IMG/VR virus record: IMGVR_UViG_3300018839_000001
Origin: a virus
Taxonomy: Duplodnaviria > Heunggongvirae > Uroviricota > Caudoviricetes
Direction: 5' to 3' (one strand)
Length of the DNA: 64,000 bases
Shown: piece by piece, positions 35,501 to 45,523 of the stretch
Layout: each line of letters begins with the position of its first letter
How positions within the stretch are numbered: the first letter of the stretch is position 1
Position numbers and translations under genes: made by a program
Notes under the pieces: model-generated
Told to the model about the DNA's origin: nothing
The model's database searches: none
Seen by the model: the letters and a program-made list of their open reading frames with translations, nothing else

Positions 35501-38500
35501 TTTGAATCTATGCAAACCGCATTCAGAAGCGCTGAGGCAGGTGCAACTAGATTTGGCACTGCAATGAACAGAGCCTCTGCTGTTGCAGGTGCAGGAATGA
35601 CAGGACTTCGAGCAAGAGCAGTTGGAATGGCGACTACAGTTACTACAAGCCTTAGAGGCATGATAGTTGCAGTTAAAACATTTAGTGCCACATTCAAAGC
35701 GGCATTAGCCTCTACTTTAGTTGGTGGAGCATTTGTTGCAATTGGATTTGCCATTGAAAAATTGATTGGACATTTTGAAAAACAAAAGAAAAAACAAGAA
35801 GAGATTGAAAAGCTTAATAATAAAATGGTTACTAGCTATAGGAAGCATGCAGATGGAATGCAGGCTCTTATTAGCAAATATGAAACTCTTTCTCGCAATA
35901 CAAACAGAACCAAAAAAGAACAAGCAGAATATGAAAAAGTCACTAAAGACCTTGCGGAACAAATCCCTACTACTGTTTCCTATATTGATGCAAATGGTAA
36001 GGCTCACTTAAAAACTGCTGATGCAATTAAAGTTGAGATAGAGCATGTTAAAATGCTATCTCAAGAAAAAGCAAAGGTTCAAGAAGCAAAGTTTACTGAA
36101 AACATGGAGAAACAGGCAAAATCTCTTGATGAAGTAAATAATAAGCTTAAGGATTTAAATAAAACGCGAAAACAATTAATTGAAGAAGATGGAACAACTC
36201 AGTTAACGACTGATTACGTTTCTGCATCAGGAAACTACTCTACATTCACAGAAAAGATTAAAGATAACACCAAAGCAATTCAGGCGAACAATGTAGAGAT
36301 TCTTAAGTATGAATCAGAGAAAACAGAAATTATTAAGAAAAACATCAAATCAATCCAAGATCAAACTTTGGCCTATTTCGAAGCAAATGGTCAATTAGAA
36401 AATCTAACAGATGACACACAAGCAACAATTGAAAAATTCATTCAAGCTAATGATGCAATTTTGCGTTTTAGTGATGACTTTGACCAAGCTTATACTGGAC
36501 TATACTCTTTAGGACAAGATGTAGGAAATGTCTTTGTCGAAGCGTTCAATAAATTGTCTCAAGGAATTGGAGATAATCCAGAGAAAATTAAAGAAATAAA
36601 AGATCAATTGGGACAAGTAGCAAAAGCTATTCCACAGACATTCTACTCATTAACAGATGCAAATGGTAACTTAATACGTACTCAAGATGATGTAGTAAAT
36701 GGATTAAAAGAAATTGTAAACGTAAGTAATCAAGTGTCTAATGGTGCTGGTGCTGATGCAATTCCTCAATTGACTAGAAGACTTGAAGCCGCTGGATTGT
36801 CAGCAGATGAAGCCTCCGCTTTATTGTCAAATTTAGCACGAGAAGGCGACAATGTTGCTATCAGAGCAAAACTCGCATCAGAAGGAATAGATGGTACGAC
36901 AGAGTCTTTAGCAGAAATGAACAAAGAAGTCATAGAAGCGATAGATTTGACCTCCTCCCTCTTCGGTTATGGAAGTTCAGACCTCTCTAGTATGAAATCT
37001 CATCTACAAAACTTAAAGTTATTGATTGATTTATATGGAAGTGCCGCAAAAAACACTGATGAGTGGAAAGAATCCACAAGCGCTCTAGCTGATAGACTCA
37101 ATGTAACTGAAACAGAAGTTGGACAAAACATAGATAAATATTTGAGCATGGTTGACGCTCTAGGTAAAGTTAATTGGGGAAATCTTGAAGCTGGACAGTC
37201 TTATAAAGATTTAATTAAAGATGCGAACAATTTAACTGCTGCCCAAAAAGAATTGTTAAATGAATATTTTAACACTCATGGTGCAAAAGATATTGTAACA
37301 GGTGCAAACAGAGAAATCAAAAAGACCACCGAAGAAGTTGGTTCTGCGGCTAAAAACGCTAAAAAAGATATTCAAGATGTCTTTGCAATTCAAGCTCCAG
37401 ATACAAATCCGCTTGAGTTAGTAAAAGGATCAATGGATTACATTGGTAATGATGCTGAAAAGCTAAAAATTAGAATACAAGAGATTCTTGATAAGTTAAG
37501 CACCGCCGGAGGTTCACCATGGCTTGACGGACTGTTAAGTAAAGTAACAACTACCAATGGTCAAGTCGATATTACAGAGCAAAACTTAAGAACACTGCAA
37601 AATATATTGAACACTCCCGGTGTATCGATTTACCTAAATGGTATACATAAAGATTTAGGTCTAACAACTGAGAAAACTAATCAAGCAAAATCCTCTTTAG
37701 GTGGATTGAAAAGTCAACTTAATACTGATACGGGTTCAAGTGTATTTAGTTCTTATAATAACGAAGTAAGTACAGCTAAACAGAATACAAAAGATTTTTC
37801 ATCGGCACTAGGAACTGCAAAAACATCAATAAGTTCTTCATTTAAAGAAAGCACTAAGCCGATAAAAGATCAGTTAGAAACTATGAAATCTGCATCAAGT
37901 GTGTTGAATACAACCGCGGAATCAGGTAATAAAGCGGCGACCAGTGTCCAAACTGTAATAACAACATCTGATGGGTTGGCTAATGTCAATGATACTATGG
38001 GTGCAGTTGGAAATAAATCTGTAACTGCCAAAGAATCTGTTGACAAACTGAATGATTCAATTAAAAAGCTCGGTAAAGGATTTTCAACTGATGAGGTAAC
38101 AAAAAGTATAAATCAGATTGGTAGCACAGTTGGAGATATTAAAGGAAAAGTGAACTCTTTTGCAAACGCAATTAAGAAAATCAATTCAAATGCAAAGGTA
38201 ACTACTATAATCAACTATTCTGTGTCTCTAATGGCTTTGGCATCTGTTTTAAATAAAACACAAAGCTTGGCTAACAAAACGGCTAATGCTCAAAAGAAAA
38301 TTGTCTCTGCATTTAAACAAGTTGTATCCAACACTAAAAATTATTCTTCTAGTATGAGTCAGGCTAATTCATATGTGGCAAGCTCATTTTCAAAACTGTC
38401 TTCTAAAATAGGAAGCCTTATAGAAGCTATGATTAAAGCTTATAAGAAAAACGCAAATGCAACAAAAAGCATGGCGGACACAACTAACAAATCTCTTAAG

Positions 38501-41500
38501 AGAATAATTGTAGATTTTGATAAAGCATCTAAGCAAGTTGTAAGTAAAGTTACAAACATGGCGGACAAGATGCACAGTAAATTTAAATCTGGAACTAATT
38601 CAATTGTAAAAACTGCAAGCGGACTTCCTAAGAGAATCGGCGATGCTGTCGAGAAAAATATGAGCCAAGCATCTAAATCAATGGATGCTGTGGCAAAAGA
38701 TATGGTTAGACGATTTAAGAAGGAACTTGGTATCCACTCCCCTTCTAGAGTATTTACTGAATTGGGTGGATGGGTAATCAAAGGTCTCGCAAATGGTTTA
38801 ACTGGAGAAGACCTTAAATCCCTCGGTAAAAATGTCTTCGATGATTTCGGAGGCGGTGTTTATGATTCATGGGATATGATCAAAGCTTATGTGTCTGGTG
38901 ACTTTAGTAATATAGCTGGGAATGCGGGAGCAGGCGTTCAACAATGGGCTGGAGTAGCAACAAAAGCTCTTATGATGACTGGACAATATTCAGAAGCAAA
39001 CCTACAGAGATTGCTATATCAAATGCAGACGGAATCTGGCGGTAATGTAAAAGCTATTAACCTATGGGATTCTAATGCTAAACGAGGCATTCCATCTAAA
39101 GGATTAATGCAGGTAATTGATCCAACGTTCAAAGCTTATGCGATGAAAGGCTACGATTCTAACATTTATGATCCATTATCAAACATTTTAGCATCTATTA
39201 GATACGCCGTATCTCGCTATGGAAGCCTGTCCAAAGCTTATCGAGGCGTTGGTTATGAAGTTGGCGGATTTATTGACAAAGAGCATTTAGCGATGGTCGG
39301 AGAAGGAGATAAACGAGAAGTCGTTATCCCTCTTGAACAGCACCGCTCTAGAGCAATAAGTCTATGGACTAAGGCAGGTCAATTTTTAGGAATCGACCCT
39401 AACTTAATCGATATGTTAAAAGCTAATGCTAAGAGAGGCAGAGGCGGTATTGCCTTTGGTGGAGGAGTTTCATTTGGAGCAACATCTGGCGAAGGTGGCG
39501 GCGGTGAATCAGGTGGCGGAGGAGACTCTGGATCATCTGGTATCATGCGTGAATCCATCTACTCTGGTCTTAGAACTTTAGATGGTGGATATGAGTTTAT
39601 TGACTTGGCAAGCAAGTATAAAAGTAAATCAAAATCAAACCCATATGAAGGTCGTTCAGAGGCATTTACATACAATAAGTATGAGCGTGAAGCAAGCGCC
39701 ATCGATTCTAATCTTAAAGTCTTAGAGACCAGATTGAATGCGATGAACAAATCCACTCTAAAATATCGAGATGCTCTTAAACAGATTATCACCCTTCAAA
39801 ATAAACATCTATCTGTGTTGAAAAAAGATTTATCAACAACAGAAAAACGCCAAAAGACTATTCAAAAAGAGCTGAAAAAACTCCCTAAAGTAAGCAAACA
39901 AACGGCGAAACAACGCGAAAGATATAATAACCTAATGCAGGAATACGACTCAAACATATCTAAAATTCAATCACTTAAAAGTGAAATTGAGTCAGAAATA
40001 TATGAAATCAAAGATAAATCTTTAGAAATCTTCTCTGACTTCATCAATGAAATTGTATCTAAATATGATGCGGCGATAGAAAAAATCAAAGCAAAAGTTG
40101 AAGATACAGAATTTAAAATTGATGTAATGACTCTTGTTAATCCTAATGATAAAAAAGGATTGTTAAACGCTCAAGCAGACAAGGCTAAGCAATTGCAGGC
40201 TCAACAAGCAACCGCAAAGAATAAAGTAGATTCATTACAAAGTCAGTATGACAAAGTTGGAAAATCTAAAGGATATGGCTCTGCTCAAGCGAAAGCTGTT
40301 AAAGAGCAATTAGATCAAGCAAAGAAAGATTATAAAGATTACACTCTTGCTATTTTGAACGCAGAAAAGGATATTAGAGACACTAGAGAAAGCATTGCTG
40401 ACGAAGGAATCAAAACGCTTAAAGATTACTATTCAACAATGAAAGATATTGCAACCTCTGCCATTGATGCAGAGAAAGAAGCTCTAGAAAAAGCTCATAA
40501 CGAAAAAATGAAAATGTATGATACAGAAATTGAAAAAATCAATTCTGTATATGATCAAAAACTATCAAAAATTGATGAAGAAAACGAAGCAAAACAATAT
40601 CAAGAAGAGCTGGATAGTAAAAACGCTAAAAAAGCTGAATTAGTGAATAAAATATCTCTTTTATCACGTGATACTTCTAAAGCTGGTAAGAAAAAAGTTG
40701 CCGACTTAATGAAGGAACTCGAAGATATCGATAAAGAAATAGCTTCCTTCCAAAAAGATCGTCAGGATAAACTTTTAAAAGATGCTCTCGAAAAACAAAG
40801 GCAAGATCAGATCGATGCTGTAAACAAAGAAAAAGAAGAAGAAACAGATAAACACGATAAAGCAATTGACGATCTAGATGCGAAGAAAGAAGAAATCCAA
40901 AAACAATATGACGACCTCATAAATAATGATGAGCGTTGGGCTAAGATGCGTGATGATGCGATCAAAGGAAGTTTTAACACAATCTCTTCTGAACTTGACA
41001 AAATGAAAAAGAACTTGGACGACATGAATAAAGGTGTATTCGATGGAGTATACAAAGGGTTCTCTAACCTGTCCGAAGAAGTCAAAAAGCAAATTGCTGA
41101 ACTCAATGCTTTAACTGTAGATAATTTGATCTTTAACTCAAAAGAACCTATTAGCGATGTAAAAGAAGCACAAGGTGCAAAAAGCTATAAAATGACTGAC
41201 GGGAAAGTTCAAAGTAGTGCTGGAACAAAGATCGCAACACCAAAGCAGACTACTCCAGCAAAAACAACACCGAAGAAGACAACGACTACAAAGAAAACTA
41301 CCACAACTAAGAAAAAAACAACTCCTGCCAAAAAGACCCCTAAAGTTGGAGGCAAAGTTAAGGTTACTGGAAAAGATGCAAAAGCTTATGTTGATTCGTA
41401 TGGTAGTAAGGTTAAACCTTGGTCGTCTCAAGCGAAGGCCGCAGGGATTAGCTATGGCGCGAGCCTATATATGGTTAACTCTAAAAATGGCTACGGTGCA

Positions 41501-41884
41501 TTGAGTAAAACAAAAAGTATCAATGGAGCAATTGCATGGGTAAAACTTAAAGACCTGACTGGATTAAGAACTGGTGGGTACACTGGTGATTGGGCTGGAG
41601 ATGGTGGAAAAGTTGCCCTACTCCATAAAAAAGAACAAGTGTTTAACAAAGATGATACTAAGAATCTATTAGACGCTAGTAAATTATTGAGAAGCATGAA
41701 GAATAATCTTCCTCAGATCGGTAAGGCAAATATTAGTGGCAAGCTTGCAACAGCAGGCTCAATCAATAGTACAAGCATATCTTATGGAGATATAAACATT
41801 ACAGTTCAAGGTGGAGATAAGAAGAAAGCGAAAGAGATTTCTCAGGAGCTATTAAAAGAATTGAAGAAAAATGGAGGGAGATAA
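32552..41884 (+). CDS. Tape measure protein with lytic transglycosylase (SLT) and C-terminal SH3-like domain
   Basis: 3110 aa; TP901-type core (LDAALTELKRV...VDALNEVDNNYAIS...GNSLKTIYSRI); SLT (QMQTESGG...KGLMQVI...YDPLSNILASIRY); long coiled coils. Confidence 0.95.
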   Translation: MKWMPKGSNDLNMLLKAKVVKLKVELDAKGSKLHSQVDRISKMLEKKPVKLKVKLLASASDINKQIRDLSNTVAKSKSFKPIKLQVEMDVKGSAKKIRKQLKEVNDAVSDFNRKYNQQLRQMQQTQKKVKETQANNSVNIPTNAGVQNFNNIKRYVNQISEAERQLRSKFADKKGLFSTVQLKDAQGNLHGFIATLQRANGVIEKVRYNWNKDKNKFEVIDRQTGTQTEKVVHRAMQSLQDLQREINKTGKASKDLKQEYKELEKAGNSGTLTTDAVKAFKTRIKNAQEEVRTQKELNNLRREEAKLIRDIKNTTKNTGTKFTSETQDLLKQTRNAGDLEAYRNIRVELSRLSDKVKEYKQTQKEANAVDKQRENALRQLTRYLRETHETEGALSRDNIKATQQLAQRATTTKQMAEVQRRLNSMYRQQQSNKDIESREKALSKLKTTMQEWARIMSYNGETIERRFQQIRRNVGSNLAQIEAEVAKYSKKIATAQNKATVDTLNRAANSIVSGNGFRNSKMLNLVNEGDISKIKDYLATTQKLDIATAKLATNSKGVTRITTTLASTGKTAKQVTYEIDQLNRKLRQVGTSEVFNRNANLGIFEQLRVAMERVPIWMTAMTAFYGTINSVRAMTSEILRLDAALTELKRVASANISIETMFRGALTLSKELGNNVHDVMQAVNEFARTYGDFNERQLLAITKTVTLMSNVSDLTAQEATQSLVGTMNAFNISASESIHIVDALNEVDNNYAISTKQLAEAMSRSASTARTFGVTLEENVGNITAIGAVTMESGSIIGNSLKTIYSRITTLSEAEGVLNGVGVSIRKQSGDVREANDVLSDLAEKWNDLSDQERQNIAVKVAGRYQLSRFLALMNNWQMAVEATTTAVNSEGSAMRENDRYLESFEARINTLKNSFTELAQAVGDAVLSGSIVTVVSGLTQLAEAGIKVVNAFGVLPTTMLAVWAVLNKMKYLDGFKGALVGMFESMQTAFRSAEAGATRFGTAMNRASAVAGAGMTGLRARAVGMATTVTTSLRGMIVAVKTFSATFKAALASTLVGGAFVAIGFAIEKLIGHFEKQKKKQEEIEKLNNKMVTSYRKHADGMQALISKYETLSRNTNRTKKEQAEYEKVTKDLAEQIPTTVSYIDANGKAHLKTADAIKVEIEHVKMLSQEKAKVQEAKFTENMEKQAKSLDEVNNKLKDLNKTRKQLIEEDGTTQLTTDYVSASGNYSTFTEKIKDNTKAIQANNVEILKYESEKTEIIKKNIKSIQDQTLAYFEANGQLENLTDDTQATIEKFIQANDAILRFSDDFDQAYTGLYSLGQDVGNVFVEAFNKLSQGIGDNPEKIKEIKDQLGQVAKAIPQTFYSLTDANGNLIRTQDDVVNGLKEIVNVSNQVSNGAGADAIPQLTRRLEAAGLSADEASALLSNLAREGDNVAIRAKLASEGIDGTTESLAEMNKEVIEAIDLTSSLFGYGSSDLSSMKSHLQNLKLLIDLYGSAAKNTDEWKESTSALADRLNVTETEVGQNIDKYLSMVDALGKVNWGNLEAGQSYKDLIKDANNLTAAQKELLNEYFNTHGAKDIVTGANREIKKTTEEVGSAAKNAKKDIQDVFAIQAPDTNPLELVKGSMDYIGNDAEKLKIRIQEILDKLSTAGGSPWLDGLLSKVTTTNGQVDITEQNLRTLQNILNTPGVSIYLNGIHKDLGLTTEKTNQAKSSLGGLKSQLNTDTGSSVFSSYNNEVSTAKQNTKDFSSALGTAKTSISSSFKESTKPIKDQLETMKSASSVLNTTAESGNKAATSVQTVITTSDGLANVNDTMGAVGNKSVTAKESVDKLNDSIKKLGKGFSTDEVTKSINQIGSTVGDIKGKVNSFANAIKKINSNAKVTTIINYSVSLMALASVLNKTQSLANKTANAQKKIVSAFKQVVSNTKNYSSSMSQANSYVASSFSKLSSKIGSLIEAMIKAYKKNANATKSMADTTNKSLKRIIVDFDKASKQVVSKVTNMADKMHSKFKSGTNSIVKTASGLPKRIGDAVEKNMSQASKSMDAVAKDMVRRFKKELGIHSPSRVFTELGGWVIKGLANGLTGEDLKSLGKNVFDDFGGGVYDSWDMIKAYVSGDFSNIAGNAGAGVQQWAGVATKALMMTGQYSEANLQRLLYQMQTESGGNVKAINLWDSNAKRGIPSKGLMQVIDPTFKAYAMKGYDSNIYDPLSNILASIRYAVSRYGSLSKAYRGVGYEVGGFIDKEHLAMVGEGDKREVVIPLEQHRSRAISLWTKAGQFLGIDPNLIDMLKANAKRGRGGIAFGGGVSFGATSGEGGGGESGGGGDSGSSGIMRESIYSGLRTLDGGYEFIDLASKYKSKSKSNPYEGRSEAFTYNKYEREASAIDSNLKVLETRLNAMNKSTLKYRDALKQIITLQNKHLSVLKKDLSTTEKRQKTIQKELKKLPKVSKQTAKQRERYNNLMQEYDSNISKIQSLKSEIESEIYEIKDKSLEIFSDFINEIVSKYDAAIEKIKAKVEDTEFKIDVMTLVNPNDKKGLLNAQADKAKQLQAQQATAKNKVDSLQSQYDKVGKSKGYGSAQAKAVKEQLDQAKKDYKDYTLAILNAEKDIRDTRESIADEGIKTLKDYYSTMKDIATSAIDAEKEALEKAHNEKMKMYDTEIEKINSVYDQKLSKIDEENEAKQYQEELDSKNAKKAELVNKISLLSRDTSKAGKKKVADLMKELEDIDKEIASFQKDRQDKLLKDALEKQRQDQIDAVNKEKEEETDKHDKAIDDLDAKKEEIQKQYDDLINNDERWAKMRDDAIKGSFNTISSELDKMKKNLDDMNKGVFDGVYKGFSNLSEEVKKQIAELNALTVDNLIFNSKEPISDVKEAQGAKSYKMTDGKVQSSAGTKIATPKQTTPAKTTPKKTTTTKKTTTTKKKTTPAKKTPKVGGKVKVTGKDAKAYVDSYGSKVKPWSSQAKAAGISYGASLYMVNSKNGYGALSKTKSINGAIAWVKLKDLTGLRTGGYTGDWAGDGGKVALLHKKEQVFNKDDTKNLLDASKLLRSMKNNLPQIGKANISGKLATAGSINSTSISYGDINITVQGGDKKKAKEISQELLKELKKNGGR

Positions 41885-41925
41885 CTTCTCCCCTCCTCTC
41901 TTCTTCTTTAAAAGGAGGAATATGA

Positions 41926-42690
41926 ATGCCAACAATTAAAGATAAATTATATTTTAATTTTGCTGGAGAATCATCAAGGGATTACAATTTAATAAGTATT
42001 GTTTTAGATAAGGGAATGTATGAAGAAACCTTTGTTGCATCAAGAGATATCAATGAAACTAAAATTAAAGGTGGTAAACCTATTTTAAATAGTGTAGAAA
42101 GCTCCCCTTTAGATTTTGATTTAACAATTGCATTTGAAAACACCTTTACAGATAATGATATTGACAGAGTTATCAGATGGTTGTTTGTAGACTATTACAG
42201 ACCATTATACTTTGAAGGAAAAGAAGATAAAGTGTACATGTGTATGCCCGTAGATGATGCAAAAATCGTCCATAACGGTTTGAACGAAGGATATATTACA
42301 CTCACAATGAGATGCGATTCATCAAATGTTTACTCACCTCTAACAGTAACCCCTTTAGAAATAGTATCTGACTCCTCCATCATCACAATAAACAATGATG
42401 GTCATTTCGATGTTTATCCAGAAATATCAATCAAGAAAAATGGAGCAGGAACAATTGTTATAGAAAATCTAGATGACGGCGGAAGTATCTTTGAAGTTCG
42501 AGATTTAACCGACCAAGAGGATATTTATTTGAATTGTGAAAAAGAGATCATTGAAACTGATATTGTAGGTGTCTATCGCTATGACAAAGTAATTGGCGAA
42601 TTTCCAAGGTTAGTCTTCGGTACAAATAGAATGAAGATCACAGGAGATTGCACAATTCAATTTAGATACAAAAATAAGTATAGATTCTAA
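41926..42690 (+). CDS. Distal tail protein (Dit)
   Basis: Follows the TMP; INNDGHFDVYPEISI and FPRLVFGTNRMKITG motifs. Confidence 0.8.
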   Translation: MPTIKDKLYFNFAGESSRDYNLISIVLDKGMYEETFVASRDINETKIKGGKPILNSVESSPLDFDLTIAFENTFTDNDIDRVIRWLFVDYYRPLYFEGKEDKVYMCMPVDDAKIVHNGLNEGYITLTMRCDSSNVYSPLTVTPLEIVSDSSIITINNDGHFDVYPEISIKKNGAGTIVIENLDDGGSIFEVRDLTDQEDIYLNCEKEIIETDIVGVYRYDKVIGEFPRLVFGTNRMKITGDCTIQFRYKNKYRF

Positions 42691-42766
42691 TCAGTAATTT
42701 AACTAATACAATTAATAATGATATAATATTTATATCAATATTTATAGAAAGAAAGGAATATTAGAG

Positions 42767-45487
42767 TTGTTTATTAATATTGACTATAATAAGCGACCTC
42801 AAAAAGCCAAACTCCATTTAGCAAAGCCAAATAAACAAATAATTTCTCATATTAGTGAAAAATTCAATGATAGCTTATCTGTAAAACTAGGCAATATCAA
42901 CGAGTTAAATTTTTCTATCCCCCATTATATCGAAGATGAAGAAAATAATACACAAATCATAAATCCCCATGTTGAATCTATAAGAGAAAAAATGCTTATT
43001 AGAGTCAAAATGGGTGCTTATAAAGAATGGTTTATTGTGGATGAAATTGAGGAAGATGCGGATGATTCAGATACTTTTAACGTGACGGCATATTCATTAG
43101 GATATGAATTAAAATCAAAACGAATAAGCGATTATGAAATGGAATCAGGAAATGCAGTAGAGGTCTTGGATGATTTATTGGAAGAAACGATATGGGCTAA
43201 AGGCGAAATCGACCCTATGTTCGAAAGTGTATATAGAACTTTTGAGTCAGGTGAAGATTCAAACATATTAGAATGTATCAAGAAATGGGCAGAAACATAT
43301 GGTGGTCTATTAGAGTGGGATACTGAAAATAGAAAAGTTTCTCTAAAAGATATTAGAGAAAATGGTCGATTCAAAGGTGGAATAATAAATTATGGCAAAT
43401 TTCTAAAGTCCTTAAAGAGAAGTAGGACTACCGATGAATTGGTTACAAGATTGTGGGTTTATGGAAGCGAAGATTTGACGATCCATTCTGTTAACCCTAC
43501 TGGACAAGGATATATAGAGGACTTTTCTTACTTCATGTACCCTTTTGAGATGGATTCAAATGGTGTTGTAAAAAAGTCTAGTTATTATATGTCTGATGAT
43601 TTATGTAAAGCAATAATCAGTCATAAAGCATTAGTTGAAGCAAACGCTCCAGAAATTACTGCGATCAATAAAGAATTGTCCGAAAAAAGAACAGAATTAA
43701 TAATTGAGCAATCTTCTTTGAATGGTCTAAATCAAGAGTTAGAAAATATTCTTGAACTGCTAGACACCGCTCAAGCAGTTCTTGCAAAATTAGAATCAGA
43801 AGTCCCTAGACCTGATACGACCGCTGAAAAAGCACAAGTAAACTCCCTCCTATCTCAGAGAGATTCTAAACAAGTTGAAATAAGCCTACAAACAAATGTT
43901 GTAAACGATATACAGACCGAAATCACGAAGTTAGAAAAACAATTGTCAACCCTTCAATCTGAAATCGAAAATCAAGCCAACTTTACTTCTGAGCTTAGGA
44001 AAGAATTGAATCCTTTCATTATTGAGTCTGTCTGGAAAGACGATGATTACATAGATGAACAAGAATTATATAATGATGCTCTAGAAAAATTTGAGGAAAT
44101 TCGTAAACCTAAAGTAGTCATTGAAGTTGATATTGTAAACTTAATGAATGTTATTGAAGAGCAATATTATTGGGATAAATTCATGCTTGGAGATTTAATC
44201 AAGATTAAATATCCTCAAATGAATATTGAATACATGGCGAAGATAATTGAAATCAATTATGACTTAGAGAATGGTGAAGCAACGCTAACCATTGCCAATA
44301 CAAATGAATTATTAAACGATACAGAGAAATTAGCAAAACTATTATATAGCAATTCCAGTGCCTCCTCCCTAATTCAAAGTAACAAACATAAATGGGATAA
44401 GATTAGTGCAGTATCTAAGCAAGTGAATAGCATTTTAACGAGTGAATGGGATGCCAACAAAAATAAAATTATAGCTGGTGTTAGAAACAGTATTGAAGTT
44501 GGAAACCGTGGAATAATTATTCGAAGCCCTGACTTCCCTAATGAAATTGTAATTATGCAGGCAGGTATAATTGCATTATCAAAAGATGGAGGAGAAACGT
44601 GGAAAACAGCAATAAAGCCTGATGGTATTGTTGCAGAAAGATTAATTGGTCAAATAATCGCTGGACAGGAGTTGCTTATTACAAATAGCTCTGGTTCATT
44701 TACACTGGATGATAATGGAGCAGTATTTGATGTCAATTCTTTTATAATCAGATCGAATAGCGGAAATAATCTTATTAATCGATGGGAAAATAATTCAGAT
44801 TTTGTTGAAGCATATAAAGACGACAACCTCATAACACCATATGAGAAGAAAATGCTTAAGATTAAGTGGGAAGAGTTTTCTAAAAGATACGATGCGAACA
44901 TGGTTAAGGTTAATAATTATTATGAGAATCCCTCAACTCTTTGGTTTGTATCTGAATATGTAGATAGATACAACCAACTTTATGAATATTTGTTTGTAAC
45001 TGTTCATGGAGATAAACCAATGTTGTCCGATGATAATATGGCCTATACTACAAGAATCGTTGGAACAGAATTTGATGCTATGTTTAGAAATTATGACAAT
45101 GCTTTGGTTGAACTTGAGAAGCAATTAGACATTAGAGCGAAAGAAATGACTGACAAGGCTATACAAGACGCAAAAAATGCTCAAGATAACATTGATGAAG
45201 TTGAAAATGATATTGCATATAAGATTGAGTTACACTCCTCTCAAGGATCGATCTTTAAGAATGGACAAATCAATACTATCATTACTGCCAAAGTTTACAA
45301 AGGTAAGAATGAGATTACTTCTACTATACCTAACTCTGGATTCATTTGGAGAAAGAGAGACAAAGATGGGACTATTGATACCTCTTGGGGAAATGCTCAT
45401 GTGAATGTTGGAAATACGATAACTGTCGATAGGAATGATGTTGTAGAGAGAGCTGTGTTTGAATGTGATATTGACATTGCAGATTAA
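42767..45487 (+). CDS. Tail-associated hub/endopeptidase-like protein (Tal)
   Basis: Follows Dit; INYGKFLKSLKRS...LVTRLWVYG, DKFMLGDLIKI, TLTIAN motifs; coiled coil. Confidence 0.8.
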   Translation: MFINIDYNKRPQKAKLHLAKPNKQIISHISEKFNDSLSVKLGNINELNFSIPHYIEDEENNTQIINPHVESIREKMLIRVKMGAYKEWFIVDEIEEDADDSDTFNVTAYSLGYELKSKRISDYEMESGNAVEVLDDLLEETIWAKGEIDPMFESVYRTFESGEDSNILECIKKWAETYGGLLEWDTENRKVSLKDIRENGRFKGGIINYGKFLKSLKRSRTTDELVTRLWVYGSEDLTIHSVNPTGQGYIEDFSYFMYPFEMDSNGVVKKSSYYMSDDLCKAIISHKALVEANAPEITAINKELSEKRTELIIEQSSLNGLNQELENILELLDTAQAVLAKLESEVPRPDTTAEKAQVNSLLSQRDSKQVEISLQTNVVNDIQTEITKLEKQLSTLQSEIENQANFTSELRKELNPFIIESVWKDDDYIDEQELYNDALEKFEEIRKPKVVIEVDIVNLMNVIEEQYYWDKFMLGDLIKIKYPQMNIEYMAKIIEINYDLENGEATLTIANTNELLNDTEKLAKLLYSNSSASSLIQSNKHKWDKISAVSKQVNSILTSEWDANKNKIIAGVRNSIEVGNRGIIIRSPDFPNEIVIMQAGIIALSKDGGETWKTAIKPDGIVAERLIGQIIAGQELLITNSSGSFTLDDNGAVFDVNSFIIRSNSGNNLINRWENNSDFVEAYKDDNLITPYEKKMLKIKWEEFSKRYDANMVKVNNYYENPSTLWFVSEYVDRYNQLYEYLFVTVHGDKPMLSDDNMAYTTRIVGTEFDAMFRNYDNALVELEKQLDIRAKEMTDKAIQDAKNAQDNIDEVENDIAYKIELHSSQGSIFKNGQINTIITAKVYKGKNEITSTIPNSGFIWRKRDKDGTIDTSWGNAHVNVGNTITVDRNDVVERAVFECDIDIAD

Positions 45488-45523
45488 ACAAAGAGAGAAA
45501 AGGAAGATAAGGAGAGATTTTAC

